From Leptolyngbyaceae cyanobacterium (lineage in GTDB: Bacteria > Cyanobacteriota > Cyanobacteriia > Phormidesmidales > Phormidesmidaceae), in assembly GCA_965263355.1 (NCBI GenBank), contig CBDHHL010000032.1, positions 3,232,001 to 3,296,000 of the forward strand: a stretch of 64,000 bases of DNA, in the 5' to 3' direction. Each line of letters begins with the position of its first letter. Position 1 is the stretch's first letter. A program made the translations under genes and the position numbers. Below, piece by piece: positions 42,164-52,194 of this stretch. The notes under the pieces are model-generated. The model was not told where the DNA came from. It did no database searches and saw only the letters and a list, made by a program, of their open reading frames with translations.

Positions 42164-42547
42164 ATGTCAAATACTGCTTTAAACACATGGACAGTGCGGG
42201 GAAAGTTAGCCACTGATGTAGTGGTTTCGACGATCGATATGGAGAATGACCAACCCACCAAGGTGGCAGATGCCACCTTGTATGTTCATAGTGCGCGAGG
42301 TCGCAATGAATCGTTTACGATGACTTTGAATATCTGGGAAGGATCAGCCGCTTGGAGAAGCTTACCGTTGTTAAAAAAAGGAGCACCGATTATCTGTATT
42401 GGTAGTGCTGAACCTAGCCCCTATATTTCGCAGGTAGATGGTATGCCTAAAGCTGGCTTAACGATGGATGTGATCGATATTGATGTGAAAAGCTGGCTTG
42501 ACGATAGGTACCCTAGTCAGCGACTTCGGTACAATATTGTTGCGTAA
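42164..42547 (+). CDS. Divergent single-stranded DNA-binding (OB-fold) protein
   Basis: NTWTVRGKLATD, LNIWEG, LKKGAPI..G, Y...DG.PKAGL pattern. Confidence 0.65.
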   Translation: MSNTALNTWTVRGKLATDVVVSTIDMENDQPTKVADATLYVHSARGRNESFTMTLNIWEGSAAWRSLPLLKKGAPIICIGSAEPSPYISQVDGMPKAGLTMDVIDIDVKSWLDDRYPSQRLRYNIVA

Positions 42548-42570
42548 GACCCTCGGGCTTAGGGGTAAAA

Positions 42571-43140
42571 TTACTTGCCCATCTGTCGCTTCAGTTCTTC
42601 CAGTTCTGCTTCAGTTTCCCAACGTTGAAAGCTCTCTTCCAGGGGGTCTAAGGGTTTGGCTTGGTAAGGGCTACGATTCCAGCCAGTGGTACTGGAGTCT
42701 TTAGGGGGAGACGACTGTGCTGCGGTTTGGGCAGTGGCGATTTTTGTTTTGAGTTCTTGGCGTTTAGCGTGGATCTGCTGTTGTAAGGTTTGGGTTTCAG
42801 CTAACCGTGCCTTGATGCTTTTCATCTGACCCCACAGGTGATTCCCTTGACGCAGCAGTGTGGCTTCTCGTTCTTTAGCCGGTGTGACCAAATCAAACCG
42901 CTGGGCAGCTTCTGCTTTGGCAATTCGCTCATGCCAGCGTTTGATATCTTTGACTGTATCGAGCACCGCTGTTTCTAACTCAGCCTCACGCCGTTTAAGG
43001 GTAGCCAAGGTAGCGATCGAATCTTCCTCTTGCCCTCGAAGTTGCTCTTCAAGCGCTATCATCTCCAAGTGGGGATGAGCTTTTAGAAATTCATCTAAGC
43101 GAGTTTCTAAAAAACGGCTGAAATCATCAAATATGCTCAT
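42571..43140 (-). CDS. TIGR04376 family (PspA/IM30-like) coiled-coil protein
   Basis: FDDFSRFLETRLDEFL..HPHLE, DPLEESFQRWETEAEL. Confidence 0.85.
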   Translation of the reverse strand: MSIFDDFSRFLETRLDEFLKAHPHLEMIALEEQLRGQEEDSIATLATLKRREAELETAVLDTVKDIKRWHERIAKAEAAQRFDLVTPAKEREATLLRQGNHLWGQMKSIKARLAETQTLQQQIHAKRQELKTKIATAQTAAQSSPPKDSSTTGWNRSPYQAKPLDPLEESFQRWETEAELEELKRQMGK

Positions 43141-43201
43141 TTATTACTATGTCAACCCCATGCAGCCACAGATCAAGCAAACCGTTCTTAACATAGTGCA
43201 C

Positions 43202-44284
43202 TTAAAACTGTTGCCCAATATAAATTGAGCGAACTTCACCATTACGTCGTACTACGACCTCTTCGTTGTTAATTGAAACAATACTCCAGCCACTTCCCCC
43301 GATGGTTTCACCAATGTAAACCCGCTGTGATGAGCCATTAACTTCAAAGAGGGCAGCAGAGCGATCGCCCAGTTCTAATACACCGACTAGCTCATAGCTA
43401 TTGTTGGTGGCAATATTGGGGATCGGCTCATTGGTATTGGTTTCGCTAGAGGGGGCTATTGCCGTATTAGGAGCGGGTAAAGTAGGTGGCAGAGTAACAA
43501 CGTTAGGTACAGCGTTGTTAGGGATGGCGTTGGGCGTAGCGCTGGGCGGCACAGTATTAGTATTAGGGCGTCGGTTTTGATTAGCGCCTGAACCAGGCTG
43601 TAACAGGGGAACAAATACACGCTCGATCACATTATTCGAGCGTTGTCCGGATGCTTGGCTATTAGCAGGCTGAGACGGGGCTGATGCAACTGCACCCGGT
43701 GTTTGTGTTTCGACCTGCGCACTACGCTCACCGCTAATCACCCGTAATGAACGCTTGAGATATTCACCAAAGGCTGCATCATCCGGTAGTGTGGACGATG
43801 CGGGCGGTGGAGTCGTTGATACAGCTGAGGGCTTAACTAAGGGAAAGGTAGGCTGTTGCCGCAACCACCAAATGCCTACGGCTGCGATCGCTGATAATCC
43901 TAATGCACTCAGCATAAAATTCCGCCAGTGCCGCTTATGGCCAGATTTATTAGGTGATTGGTTGGCTGTATCAGTCTTGGTGTCACCTAATTGTGTTTCT
44001 GTCAGAGGTGCCTGTGCGTCGGCATCTACCGCTGGCTGGGCGAAGACTGGCACAATCATTGCTGGCACAGTTACTGGCTCAGAGCGCAAGTCAGACTGTG
44101 GTTCCTGCGCTGGTTCGATAGGGTCGGCGTAAATGGCAGTTGCGTCACCCGCTAAGATACGATCAACATCGTCAAAAATTTCATCCATCAAATCTTCTGC
44201 ATAGGCTTCGACCAAAGTGTCAGCTTCTTGGGAAGTGCCTGCAGGGGCAGTTGCCATGGCATTGGACTGTCTAGATTGGCTCAT
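43202..44284 (-). CDS. Single-TM protein with C-terminal GspC/PilP-like beta domain
   Basis: YELVGVLELGDRSAALFEVNG..RVYIGETIGGSGW. Confidence 0.65.
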   Translation of the reverse strand: MSQSRQSNAMATAPAGTSQEADTLVEAYAEDLMDEIFDDVDRILAGDATAIYADPIEPAQEPQSDLRSEPVTVPAMIVPVFAQPAVDADAQAPLTETQLGDTKTDTANQSPNKSGHKRHWRNFMLSALGLSAIAAVGIWWLRQQPTFPLVKPSAVSTTPPPASSTLPDDAAFGEYLKRSLRVISGERSAQVETQTPGAVASAPSQPANSQASGQRSNNVIERVFVPLLQPGSGANQNRRPNTNTVPPSATPNAIPNNAVPNVVTLPPTLPAPNTAIAPSSETNTNEPIPNIATNNSYELVGVLELGDRSAALFEVNGSSQRVYIGETIGGSGWSIVSINNEEVVVRRNGEVRSIYIGQQF

Positions 44285-44546
44285 AACTTGACATGTACGA
44301 TTTGATAGTAGTGACTGTGGTCGAACTCACAATAGCCGATAATCTATAGGCAAGATGCCTAGAAAGTTAGCAGAGTATACAGCAAACCGAAAGGAAAATT
44401 TCAATCTTTCAGAAAATATGCTGCCAAAACTAGTTTGATAAGAAAGCTGAAAGCTTTTTAAGTCAAACTTTTAGCGATTTTTGGGGATGACAATACGAGA
44501 GTTACAGCTATATTAATTTTTACAGCGCTAGTCTAGCTTTACTTAG

Positions 44547-44582
44547 CAAAAAAAATACTGCATCAAAGCCATGATGCAGTAT
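44547..44582 (-). terminator. Rho-independent terminator
   Basis: ATACTGCATCA-AAGCCA-TGATGCAGTAT with an A-run on the plus strand (U-tail on minus). Confidence 0.8.
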
Positions 44583-44601
44583 CCCTTGTTCAAAAGTGTA
44601 A

Positions 44602-45906
44602 TTAGCACCTAGCTAAGGTGTGGGAAATGTCAAGGTGCCCGAAAGTTAGACTCAGGGCGAGGTTAAGGGTTTCCAATATTTTTACTAACCAACCCACAGA
44701 GTCTTGCTTTGCCAATTCGTAATGATTAAACAATGTGGATAATCGACGCTCTAAATACGGTTTTACCTTGCTACATAAAAGCAAAATCCTGAGGAGAAGG
44801 CCTGTGGTCAGTGTTGCGCCCAGGTTATTGATCAGGTCGATAAACACAAAGTGAGAGTGGGAACCTGCTGGATCAACGACTAGAAAGTTAAACAAATTCG
44901 AACATGTGCGGACTAATAGAAAGTCATTAAGCCGCTGATCGTCATTCTCAGGATAAATATCCTGTAGATTTTGATACAAAGCATCGTTAAAATGCTGACG
45001 ACCATAGGCCGGGTCAACACCCGATACCAGGTATTCATATAGGTCGTCTTTAAATGACTTAAACGTAACGGACTCACAACACTGGTTACGGAATCGTAGG
45101 GCTAAATCCCGATAAGTCCTGCCGTTGGCATCCTTGCCAGAAAACTGCTGAAGGGAATCAACAAGTTCGCGATCGCTCAATAATGTGGGGTTTTTAGAGG
45201 GCCGTAACCACTGCCCCTGTTTATCAAGCAGGCCTTCCCGCTTTAATCGAGACCGCCGTACTCGATAGTTGACGTATTGCGATAAATCCAGCTCCATCTT
45301 TTTTTGTGCCTGGTGCCGCATACGACGGACATGGGTTTTTTGCTCTTTGGGGCTCTCTTCACTGAGTAAACAATGCTCGTATAAGTAAGGATAGCGACCA
45401 ATCAGAGTCCCTAAAGGCTGGCGAGACCGTAGCCCAGGCTCGTCATTTCCCTCCATTGCCTGAACCAGGCGCTTGAGCATAACGTACTGCTCAGTTTTTC
45501 TAAACTGAGAAACGATGTCTCGTAAACGCCGAACAGAGCGGGCCCGAGACACTTCTCGAACAGCTTGGCTAGGAATGTAGTCAAACAGAGTTACCAGCTC
45601 AGCAATGGCCGGTTGATATTCACGGTTTTTTTGCCATCGATTGATTAGGATATGGCAGCAGCGATTCAGAATATGGTGAAAGTACATCTCAGCATGGGAG
45701 TCCAGAAGAATCTTATCGAGACTGCTAACAACCTGACGATCACAATAGCCAGTACCATCAATGAACAGCGTATTGAAGCGATCAATTAAGACATCAGGCT
45801 GCTCCAAATTGACACAGCCTAACCAATGGTCATAAAGTACCTGTTCTTGTGGACTAACTAATCGCGCACCGTAATTAGATTGCGAATAGCTTGATTGAAC
45901 GTTCAC
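44602..45906 (-). CDS. Hypothetical protein (cyanobacterial type)
   Basis: 434-aa ORF with LNRCCHILINRW, YPYLYEH, NPTLLSD, own terminator. Confidence 0.8.
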   Translation of the reverse strand: MNVQSSYSQSNYGARLVSPQEQVLYDHWLGCVNLEQPDVLIDRFNTLFIDGTGYCDRQVVSSLDKILLDSHAEMYFHHILNRCCHILINRWQKNREYQPAIAELVTLFDYIPSQAVREVSRARSVRRLRDIVSQFRKTEQYVMLKRLVQAMEGNDEPGLRSRQPLGTLIGRYPYLYEHCLLSEESPKEQKTHVRRMRHQAQKKMELDLSQYVNYRVRRSRLKREGLLDKQGQWLRPSKNPTLLSDRELVDSLQQFSGKDANGRTYRDLALRFRNQCCESVTFKSFKDDLYEYLVSGVDPAYGRQHFNDALYQNLQDIYPENDDQRLNDFLLVRTCSNLFNFLVVDPAGSHSHFVFIDLINNLGATLTTGLLLRILLLCSKVKPYLERRLSTLFNHYELAKQDSVGWLVKILETLNLALSLTFGHLDISHTLARC

Positions 45907-46418
45907 CAGTGAAACCTCAGCAAATACACCTACGTAGACAAAATCAATACAGGGAAAAACTTACGGCGACCAAAACTATTGTCAAACTGCTTCAAGTCTA
46001 ACTGCTTATGATGGCCTGAGACAGCATGAAAGTTTACAAAAAACCTTGAAAATTACTGAAGGGAGAGCAAACTAACTATGTAAGCGGATAAAGCAGTTGG
46101 AGTTGTCAGAGGTTCAACTAAAACAACAACAGCCAAACAAAAGTAAACATTGGTAGACACTAGTGATGGGCCTACGCAAGCCGAGATTAACACCTTCCTC
46201 CATTTCTAATAGTGCTTTGGTACACACTTAGTATTTCGGTACACACTTGGCTTACGCTTCATATAGTTTAGCCTATGGGGATTTTCAGATAGGCTGCGTC
46301 TAACCTAAGCTCTGCTAAAGCTTCTGTAAACTTACTGACATTGCTTCATTAAGCCTATATGTAGTGCAGGTGCTACCTCTGATGGTTCTGTCTTGCTTGA
46401 TTTACTTAAAACTTTGTT

Positions 46419-47768
46419 ATGTCTAGCTTTGCTCTTATTTATCAGGTTTTAGAGGCCCTTGGTGATCAAGTTGTAGGGCATACCCTCAATGCCAATTATT
46501 TGGAGCAAGTAGTTGGTCACATTAGTACAGATACTCGCACAATCGAGACCCATGATTTATTTTTGGCGCTAGAGGGTGAGCGCTTTGATGGTCATAGATT
46601 TGTGGAGCAGGCGATGGCCACGGGTGCGATCGCAGCGATTACTCGCCAAGGGGTCATCACTGCTGATGTGCCGCGCATTGAGGTTAACGATACCCTGGTG
46701 GCCTATCAGACCATCGGTCGCTGGTGGCGACAGCAATTGGGGTTACCCGTGGTGGCGATCACGGGTTCGGTCGGCAAGACAACCACTAAGGAGCTGATAT
46801 CGGCAGCCTTAACCTGCCATGGTTCTGTTCATAAGACTCGTGCCAACTTCAATAACGAAATTGGTGTGCCTAAGACCCTGCTCGAAATGACGGTTGACCA
46901 TGATTATGGTGTGGTCGAAATGGGGATGCGGGGGCCCGGAGAAATTGCATTGCTAGCGCAGATAGCACAACCCAATGTGGCAGTGATTACTAATGTCGGT
47001 ACGGCCCACATTGGTCGGTTGGGCTCTGAGCAAGCGATTGCTGATGCTAAATGTGAGCTGTTGGCAAATATGTCGATTGAGGGGACTGCTGTACTCAATT
47101 ACGATAATCATCGGTTGATGGATACAGCTGCGCGGGTATGGTCAGGTAAAACGATTACCTATGGACTCACTGGTGGGGATGTGCGGGGTCAGTTTCAGGG
47201 GGAAACCATGGTCGTGGATAATGTGCTGCTGCCATTGCCGTTAGAGGGTGAACACAATGCCTTGAACTATTTGAGTGCGATCGCGACACTCCAGGCCTTA
47301 AAGCTTGATTGGCAAATGTTGAGTCATGGCTTGACCGTTGATATGCCGACTGGGCGGGCTCAGCGGTATGACCTGGCGAACGATATCGTTCTACTGGATG
47401 AAACCTATAATGCTGGAGCGGAGTCCATGGTAGCTGCCCTCAGGTTACTTAAACATCAACCAGGTCAGCGCCATATCGCTGTGTTAGGCACCATGAAAGA
47501 GCTAGGGCACAAGTCTTTAGAACTGCATCAGATGATAGGAGAAACGGTCCAAGCCTTAGGAATCGATCACCTATTTATTTTGGCGGATCCGGCGGAAGCG
47601 GCAGCCATGGCATTGGGAGCTGGCAAGGTACCCTCCAAAAAATTTGTTAGCCATGGGGCTTTAGTGCAGCATCTCCAGCAATTTATTCAGCCAGGGGACC
47701 GATTACTGTTCAAAGCATCGCGCTCGGTTGCAATGGATCAAGTGGTGCAGCCCTTACGCTCGTCCTAG
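46419..47768 (+). CDS. murF: UDP-MurNAc-tripeptide:D-Ala-D-Ala ligase
   Basis: TDTR, AITGSVGKTTTKE, NFNNEIGVP, DETYNAG, LGTMKELG, KASR. Confidence 0.96.
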   Translation: MSSFALIYQVLEALGDQVVGHTLNANYLEQVVGHISTDTRTIETHDLFLALEGERFDGHRFVEQAMATGAIAAITRQGVITADVPRIEVNDTLVAYQTIGRWWRQQLGLPVVAITGSVGKTTTKELISAALTCHGSVHKTRANFNNEIGVPKTLLEMTVDHDYGVVEMGMRGPGEIALLAQIAQPNVAVITNVGTAHIGRLGSEQAIADAKCELLANMSIEGTAVLNYDNHRLMDTAARVWSGKTITYGLTGGDVRGQFQGETMVVDNVLLPLPLEGEHNALNYLSAIATLQALKLDWQMLSHGLTVDMPTGRAQRYDLANDIVLLDETYNAGAESMVAALRLLKHQPGQRHIAVLGTMKELGHKSLELHQMIGETVQALGIDHLFILADPAEAAAMALGAGKVPSKKFVSHGALVQHLQQFIQPGDRLLFKASRSVAMDQVVQPLRSS

Positions 47769-47912
47769 AACACCTCCATTGCCTGCTGGTCAGCAAAGCC
47801 CAGCAGACGCCTATTTCTGCTGCGGAAAACTTTGGTTTAACTTGAACCTTAGTTAAGCGTCACAGAATCTGCTCTACAATAAAAAGCCTGACACTTTTTA
47901 TACAGTCTGGTT

Positions 47913-48425
47913 GTGGCTCTGACCCTCACACAAGAGCATATTGAACGCATGCAATCTCATGTAGAGCAGGTATATCCCCATGAGGGCTGTGGTTTGCTTG
48001 TGGGGACATTTGACGCTGAGACCGACGCAAAAAGGTTGGTTGATGTAGCGCTATTAGATAATGCGTGGGCCCCTGATGTTGCCATCGAGTGGGGGAATCA
48101 GAAATCCTCGACGACTCTGACAAAAGCACGACGCTATTGGATTGATCCCAAAGATTTGTTGGAGACCCAGCGTCAGGCTAGGGAAAATGGCTTGACCATT
48201 ATTGGGGTGTTTCATTCTCACCCTGATGCTGAGGCGGTACCCTCGGGGTGCGATCGCGATCTAGCCTGGCCTGACTATGCTTACATCATTATGTCTGTGC
48301 ATCACGGCAAAGTCGTCGACCTTAAAAACTGGAAGTTAGATAGCAACCATCAATTTCAACCAGAGCCCCTAAAAATTGTCCCAGCTTCTGCGGCCAAGGA
48401 TCGAATGCCGCTCTTGTCGTCCTGA
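47913..48425 (+). CDS. M67 (JAB/Mov34) metallopeptidase
   Basis: YPHEGCG, FHSHPD..AVPS..D JAMM motif. Confidence 0.92.
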   Translation: MALTLTQEHIERMQSHVEQVYPHEGCGLLVGTFDAETDAKRLVDVALLDNAWAPDVAIEWGNQKSSTTLTKARRYWIDPKDLLETQRQARENGLTIIGVFHSHPDAEAVPSGCDRDLAWPDYAYIIMSVHHGKVVDLKNWKLDSNHQFQPEPLKIVPASAAKDRMPLLSS

Positions 48426-48493
48426 AATAAAAAACAACACTATCCTGCAGTGTTGCCCAGACTCTTCCAATCCTTTTTTGCTCTCAAGGAACC

Positions 48494-49669
48494 ATGCTGA
48501 ATCCAAATTTGGATGACATCCAACTCACGAAAGAAGACTATGAACGCTACTCACGGCATTTGATTCTGCCCGAAGTTGGCGTTGATGGTCAGAAACGACT
48601 TAAGGCTGCCAGTGTACTGTGTATCGGTACCGGTGGTCTTGGTTCTCCCTTAATTCTGTACCTAGCAGCTGCTGGTATTGGTCGTATCGGTCTCGTTGAT
48701 TTTGACGTGGTTGACTATTCGAACCTACAGCGTCAAATTATTCACGGTACTTCCTGGGTCAACAAGCCTAAAATTGAGTCTGCCAAAACTCGTATCCTCG
48801 AAATCAACCCCCATTGTCAGGTCGATTTATTTAATACGCGTCTTAGTTCTGACAATGCCCTCGAAATTTTTGAGCCCTATGACATTGTGGTAGACGGTAC
48901 CGACAACTTTCCAACCCGTTACTTGGTTAATGATGCCTGTGTGCTGCTCAACAAACCCAACGTCTACGGGTCTATTTTTCGGTTTGAAGGTCAGGCAACT
49001 GTCTTTAACTATGAGGATGGTCCCAATTACCGCGATCTCTATCCTGAGCCCCCACCGCCGGGGCTGGTTCCTTCCTGTGCGGAAGGAGGAGTTCTGGGCA
49101 TTCTCCCTGGCATTATTGGTGTAATTCAGGCGACTGAAACTATCAAAATCGTTTTAGGCGAAGGCACTACCTTGAGTGGTCGGTTATTGTTGTACAACTC
49201 CCTTGATATGACATTCCGGGAGCTAAAGCTACGGCCTAATCCAGTACGTCCTGTGATCGAACAATTAATCGATTACGAACAGTTCTGTGGTATTCCTGAT
49301 GCCCAAGCAGCTGAAGCCGAGCAAAAGGCTGCTATTGCCGAAATGAGTGTTCTTGATCTCAAAGCTTTACTTGACAGTGGCAGCGACGACTATGTTCTGC
49401 TGGATGTCCGTAATCCCAATGAGTACGAGATCGCTAAAATTCCTGGCTCAGTCCTGATTCCACTGCCAGAAATTGAAAATGGTGCTGGCATTGAAAAGGT
49501 GCGTGAGCTGGTTAATGGTCATAAACTGATTGCCCACTGTAAGATGGGTGGGCGTTCTGCTAAGGCGCTTGCCATTCTCAAGGAAGCAGCAGGCATTGAA
49601 GGTACCAATGTTATCGGTGGTATCCTGGCCTGGAGCCGTGAGGTCGATCCATCAGTGCCTCAGTATTAA
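48494..49669 (+). CDS. moeB: MoeB/MoeZ adenylyltransferase with C-terminal rhodanese domain
   Basis: RYSRH, GTGGLG, SNLQRQ, DGTDNFPTRY, PSCAEGG, DVRNPNE, HCKMGGRS. Confidence 0.93.
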   Translation: MLNPNLDDIQLTKEDYERYSRHLILPEVGVDGQKRLKAASVLCIGTGGLGSPLILYLAAAGIGRIGLVDFDVVDYSNLQRQIIHGTSWVNKPKIESAKTRILEINPHCQVDLFNTRLSSDNALEIFEPYDIVVDGTDNFPTRYLVNDACVLLNKPNVYGSIFRFEGQATVFNYEDGPNYRDLYPEPPPPGLVPSCAEGGVLGILPGIIGVIQATETIKIVLGEGTTLSGRLLLYNSLDMTFRELKLRPNPVRPVIEQLIDYEQFCGIPDAQAAEAEQKAAIAEMSVLDLKALLDSGSDDYVLLDVRNPNEYEIAKIPGSVLIPLPEIENGAGIEKVRELVNGHKLIAHCKMGGRSAKALAILKEAAGIEGTNVIGGILAWSREVDPSVPQY

Positions 49670-49671
49670 GA

Positions 49672-49713
49672 CCCCTGACCCTAAAGCCCTCTCCCCAGGG
49701 AGAGGGGCTTTGA
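49672..49713. repeat. Cyanobacterial short palindromic repeat / hairpin
   Basis: CCCCTGACCCTAAAGCCCTCTCCC-CA-GGGAGAGGGGCTTT immediately after the moeB stop. Confidence 0.6.
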
Positions 49714-49753
49714 TGTTTTGTGTACAGATGTTGCATGCAATGTCTTTTTAACT

Positions 49754-50215
49754 ATGTCTCTCAAAGACCGCATCAGTGACGAGATTAAAGCCGCGATGAA
49801 AGCCCGCGATAAGGTGCGTTTAGAAACCGTTCGCAGCATTAAAAAAGTTATCCTCGAAAAAGAAACAGAAGTGCGTCCCAAAGGCCAGGATGCATTGACA
49901 CCCGATCAAGAAATCGAAGTAATTACTCAGTTAGCTAAACAGCGTAAAGACTCCATTGAGCAGTATAAAAATGCAGGTCGCGATGATTTAGCTGAAAAAG
50001 AAGCTCAAGAATTGGCGATTTTGCAAGAATATTTACCTGAGCAAATGTCCGATGATGAAATAGAGGCTGTGATTGATGAGTTAATTGCCAAAACTGGAGC
50101 TAATGGACCCCGCGATATGGGTAAAGTTATGGGGCCTGCCATGAAACAGATGAAAGGTAAGGCTGATGGTGGAAAAGTTCAGGCGTTAGTTAAAGCAAAG
50201 TTAGCGGGTAGTTGA
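49754..50215 (+). CDS. GatB/YqeY domain protein
   Basis: MSLKDRISDEIKAAMKARDK, KQRKDSIEQY, DMGKVMG. Confidence 0.93.
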   Translation: MSLKDRISDEIKAAMKARDKVRLETVRSIKKVILEKETEVRPKGQDALTPDQEIEVITQLAKQRKDSIEQYKNAGRDDLAEKEAQELAILQEYLPEQMSDDEIEAVIDELIAKTGANGPRDMGKVMGPAMKQMKGKADGGKVQALVKAKLAGS

Positions 50216-50311
50216 TATTGAAAATGTTTTGAAGCCTGACTTTTTCCTTCAGTCGACTTCAGAAAATGAGCATGAATTTTGAACAGACAGCGAAAAATTC
50301 AATAGATTATG

Positions 50312-50346
50312 GGTGCACATCAATCGTTGATGTGCACCACTTTTTT
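50312..50346. terminator. Hairpin terminator between convergent genes
   Basis: GGTGCACATCAA-TCG-TTGATGTGCACC followed by a T-run. Confidence 0.75.
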
Positions 50347-50372
50347 GGTCAAAGTCTCACAATAGTTTTAAA

Positions 50373-51422
50373 TTATCGTCGAGATTGATAATACACTTTT
50401 TGGCCTTTATTGGGTACAAAGATGCACTCATGAGATGATCGCCAGAGGCTATGCCAGATAGAGCCTGTAGCCTCACGATAATAATCTCCTAGGATAGGTT
50501 TGATGGCCTTAGTTGCATCTTTGAGATAGTAGTGGGGCATGTTCAAAAAGATATGGTGAGCCACATGGGTACCAATGTTGTGATGAATATTGTTGAACAC
50601 TCCATAGTTACGGTCAATTGTTGACAGTGCTCCCTTAAGAAAGTACCAGCTATCATTGCGATACCAGGGTATATCAGGCTCAGTGTGGTGTAGAAACGTC
50701 ACTAAATCTAGCCAAATTATAAATACTAGATAAGGCATGACATAGAACTTAATCAAAAAGACCAACCCAAACTGTAATCCAAGCCAACCCAAAAAAACAA
50801 CAAAGCAGGACCATAGTGTAGTACTGGTGATCACATCCCACTTCTCGGAGGGACGAAATAAATCGCTGTCGGGCATAAAGTGAGAGCCTTTACGACCAGG
50901 AGAGCGATAAAACAAATAGAGGGGATAAGCCAATAAAAACAGATTAAACCGCACAAATCTGCCAAGAGCGGTCATAGAATTGTACTTCTCCTCGGACATA
51001 GGATACCAGCTCTCGTCGGTATCAATATTGCCTGTATTGGCATGGTGAGTACGGTGGCTAATACGCCAGCCGTGAAACGGTACTAAAAGAGGGATATGGC
51101 TGAGGTGTCCAATGAGATTATTTAGCCATTTGTGCTTAGAAAAGGAGCCATGGCCACAGTCATGGCCAACAACAAACAAGGCCCAGAACATGGTGCCTTG
51201 CATTAGCCAAAAGAGAGGAAAAAATAGCCAAGAATTGAGGCTATGAGCTATGCCATACAGACCAGCAATAATTCCAATGTCGAAGCAAAAGTAAGCTAAG
51301 GAGCGACTTGTGGAGGGTTCAAAACAGTAATCTGGAATCGCATCCTTGAGATCTTTCAGGGTAAATGGAAGCTCGCGCTTAGAGATGTCTGAAGACCTAG
51401 TTGGGCAGGTGGTTAATTGCAC
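50373..51422 (-). CDS. desB: Omega-3 (delta-15) acyl-lipid desaturase
   Basis: GTMFWALFVVGHDCGH, WRISHRTHH, HHNIGTHVAHH. Confidence 0.92.
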   Translation of the reverse strand: MQLTTCPTRSSDISKRELPFTLKDLKDAIPDYCFEPSTSRSLAYFCFDIGIIAGLYGIAHSLNSWLFFPLFWLMQGTMFWALFVVGHDCGHGSFSKHKWLNNLIGHLSHIPLLVPFHGWRISHRTHHANTGNIDTDESWYPMSEEKYNSMTALGRFVRFNLFLLAYPLYLFYRSPGRKGSHFMPDSDLFRPSEKWDVITSTTLWSCFVVFLGWLGLQFGLVFLIKFYVMPYLVFIIWLDLVTFLHHTEPDIPWYRNDSWYFLKGALSTIDRNYGVFNNIHHNIGTHVAHHIFLNMPHYYLKDATKAIKPILGDYYREATGSIWHSLWRSSHECIFVPNKGQKVYYQSRR

Positions 51423-51513
51423 TTAATACCTATGTTTGACGTCTAAAATCAAACTTTTCAGCCGGACACAGTGTAGACTTGCATATTTAGCCTGCATCAA
51501 ACCTTAAAGATGA

Positions 51514-51531
51514 TTTACAAAGCTTTACAAT
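51514..51531. promoter_or_regulatory. HLR1 (RpaB-binding) motif upstream of desB
   Basis: TTTACAAA-GC-TTTACAAT is an exact match to (G/T)TTACA(T/A)(T/A)-N2 x2. Confidence 0.75.
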
Positions 51532-51731
51532 ACTATATATCGAGCCATGGACGTGAACTCTGGTAAGTGATTCCGGGAAATGTTCTGACAAAAGACCGAG
51601 TCTTTATCAGCATTTCACATAGGTTGGGGCAAATGCATTGTCTGGATTTAAGGACTTTCCGCAAAATACTGCCGCTTTTCCGGGGAATAAGCTGCAAGGG
51701 GGAACGTGAGAGGAGTTGGGGAGAAGAGTGG

Positions 51732-52169
51732 CTATTTATGATAGCTTCCACCTTGTAAGATAGTCTTACTTCGATAAAGTTGTTCTAATAATAATAATTG
51801 TGCCACTTCGTGGGGGAAGGTCATCGCAGATAAGCTTAAAACTTTATCCGCTCGTTGTTTGAGACTATAACTAACCCCGGTTGGGCCACCGATAAAAAAT
51901 ACCAGTGTGCCAGAGGCTGCTTGACCCAACCAATGGCTAAATGTGACTGAGTCAAAGCGTTTTCCATCTTCTGAGAGGACTATTAGTTTGTCGTAGGTTT
52001 TTAGTAGAGCTAAGACTTTAGCTGCTTCAGTTTCTGGGTCTGTATCTTTAATTTCCAAGCACTCTAGCTCAGGTAATCGCTGGATATATGTATTGATACC
52101 ATCTTTAAGCCAGCCTTTTTTAACCTTGCCAACTGCAATGATTTTTACCTTAGGAAAGCTCTGCCCCAT
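51732..52169 (-). CDS. rlmH: 23S rRNA pseudouridine-1915 N3-methyltransferase
   Basis: IIAVGK, FFIGGPTG, LSLSAMTFPH, LLEQLYR, YHK. Confidence 0.93.
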   Translation of the reverse strand: MGQSFPKVKIIAVGKVKKGWLKDGINTYIQRLPELECLEIKDTDPETEAAKVLALLKTYDKLIVLSEDGKRFDSVTFSHWLGQAASGTLVFFIGGPTGVSYSLKQRADKVLSLSAMTFPHEVAQLLLLEQLYRSKTILQGGSYHK

Positions 52170-52194
52170 GCGTGTTGAGTTGTAAGTTAAATCT

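Noticed and set aside
47913..49669. JAB peptidase plus E1-like MoeB as a ubiquitin-like antiphage system (CBASS/Bil)
   Set aside because: No E2, CD-NTase or effector is adjacent; a JAB-MoeZ pair is the ordinary sulfur-carrier activation module
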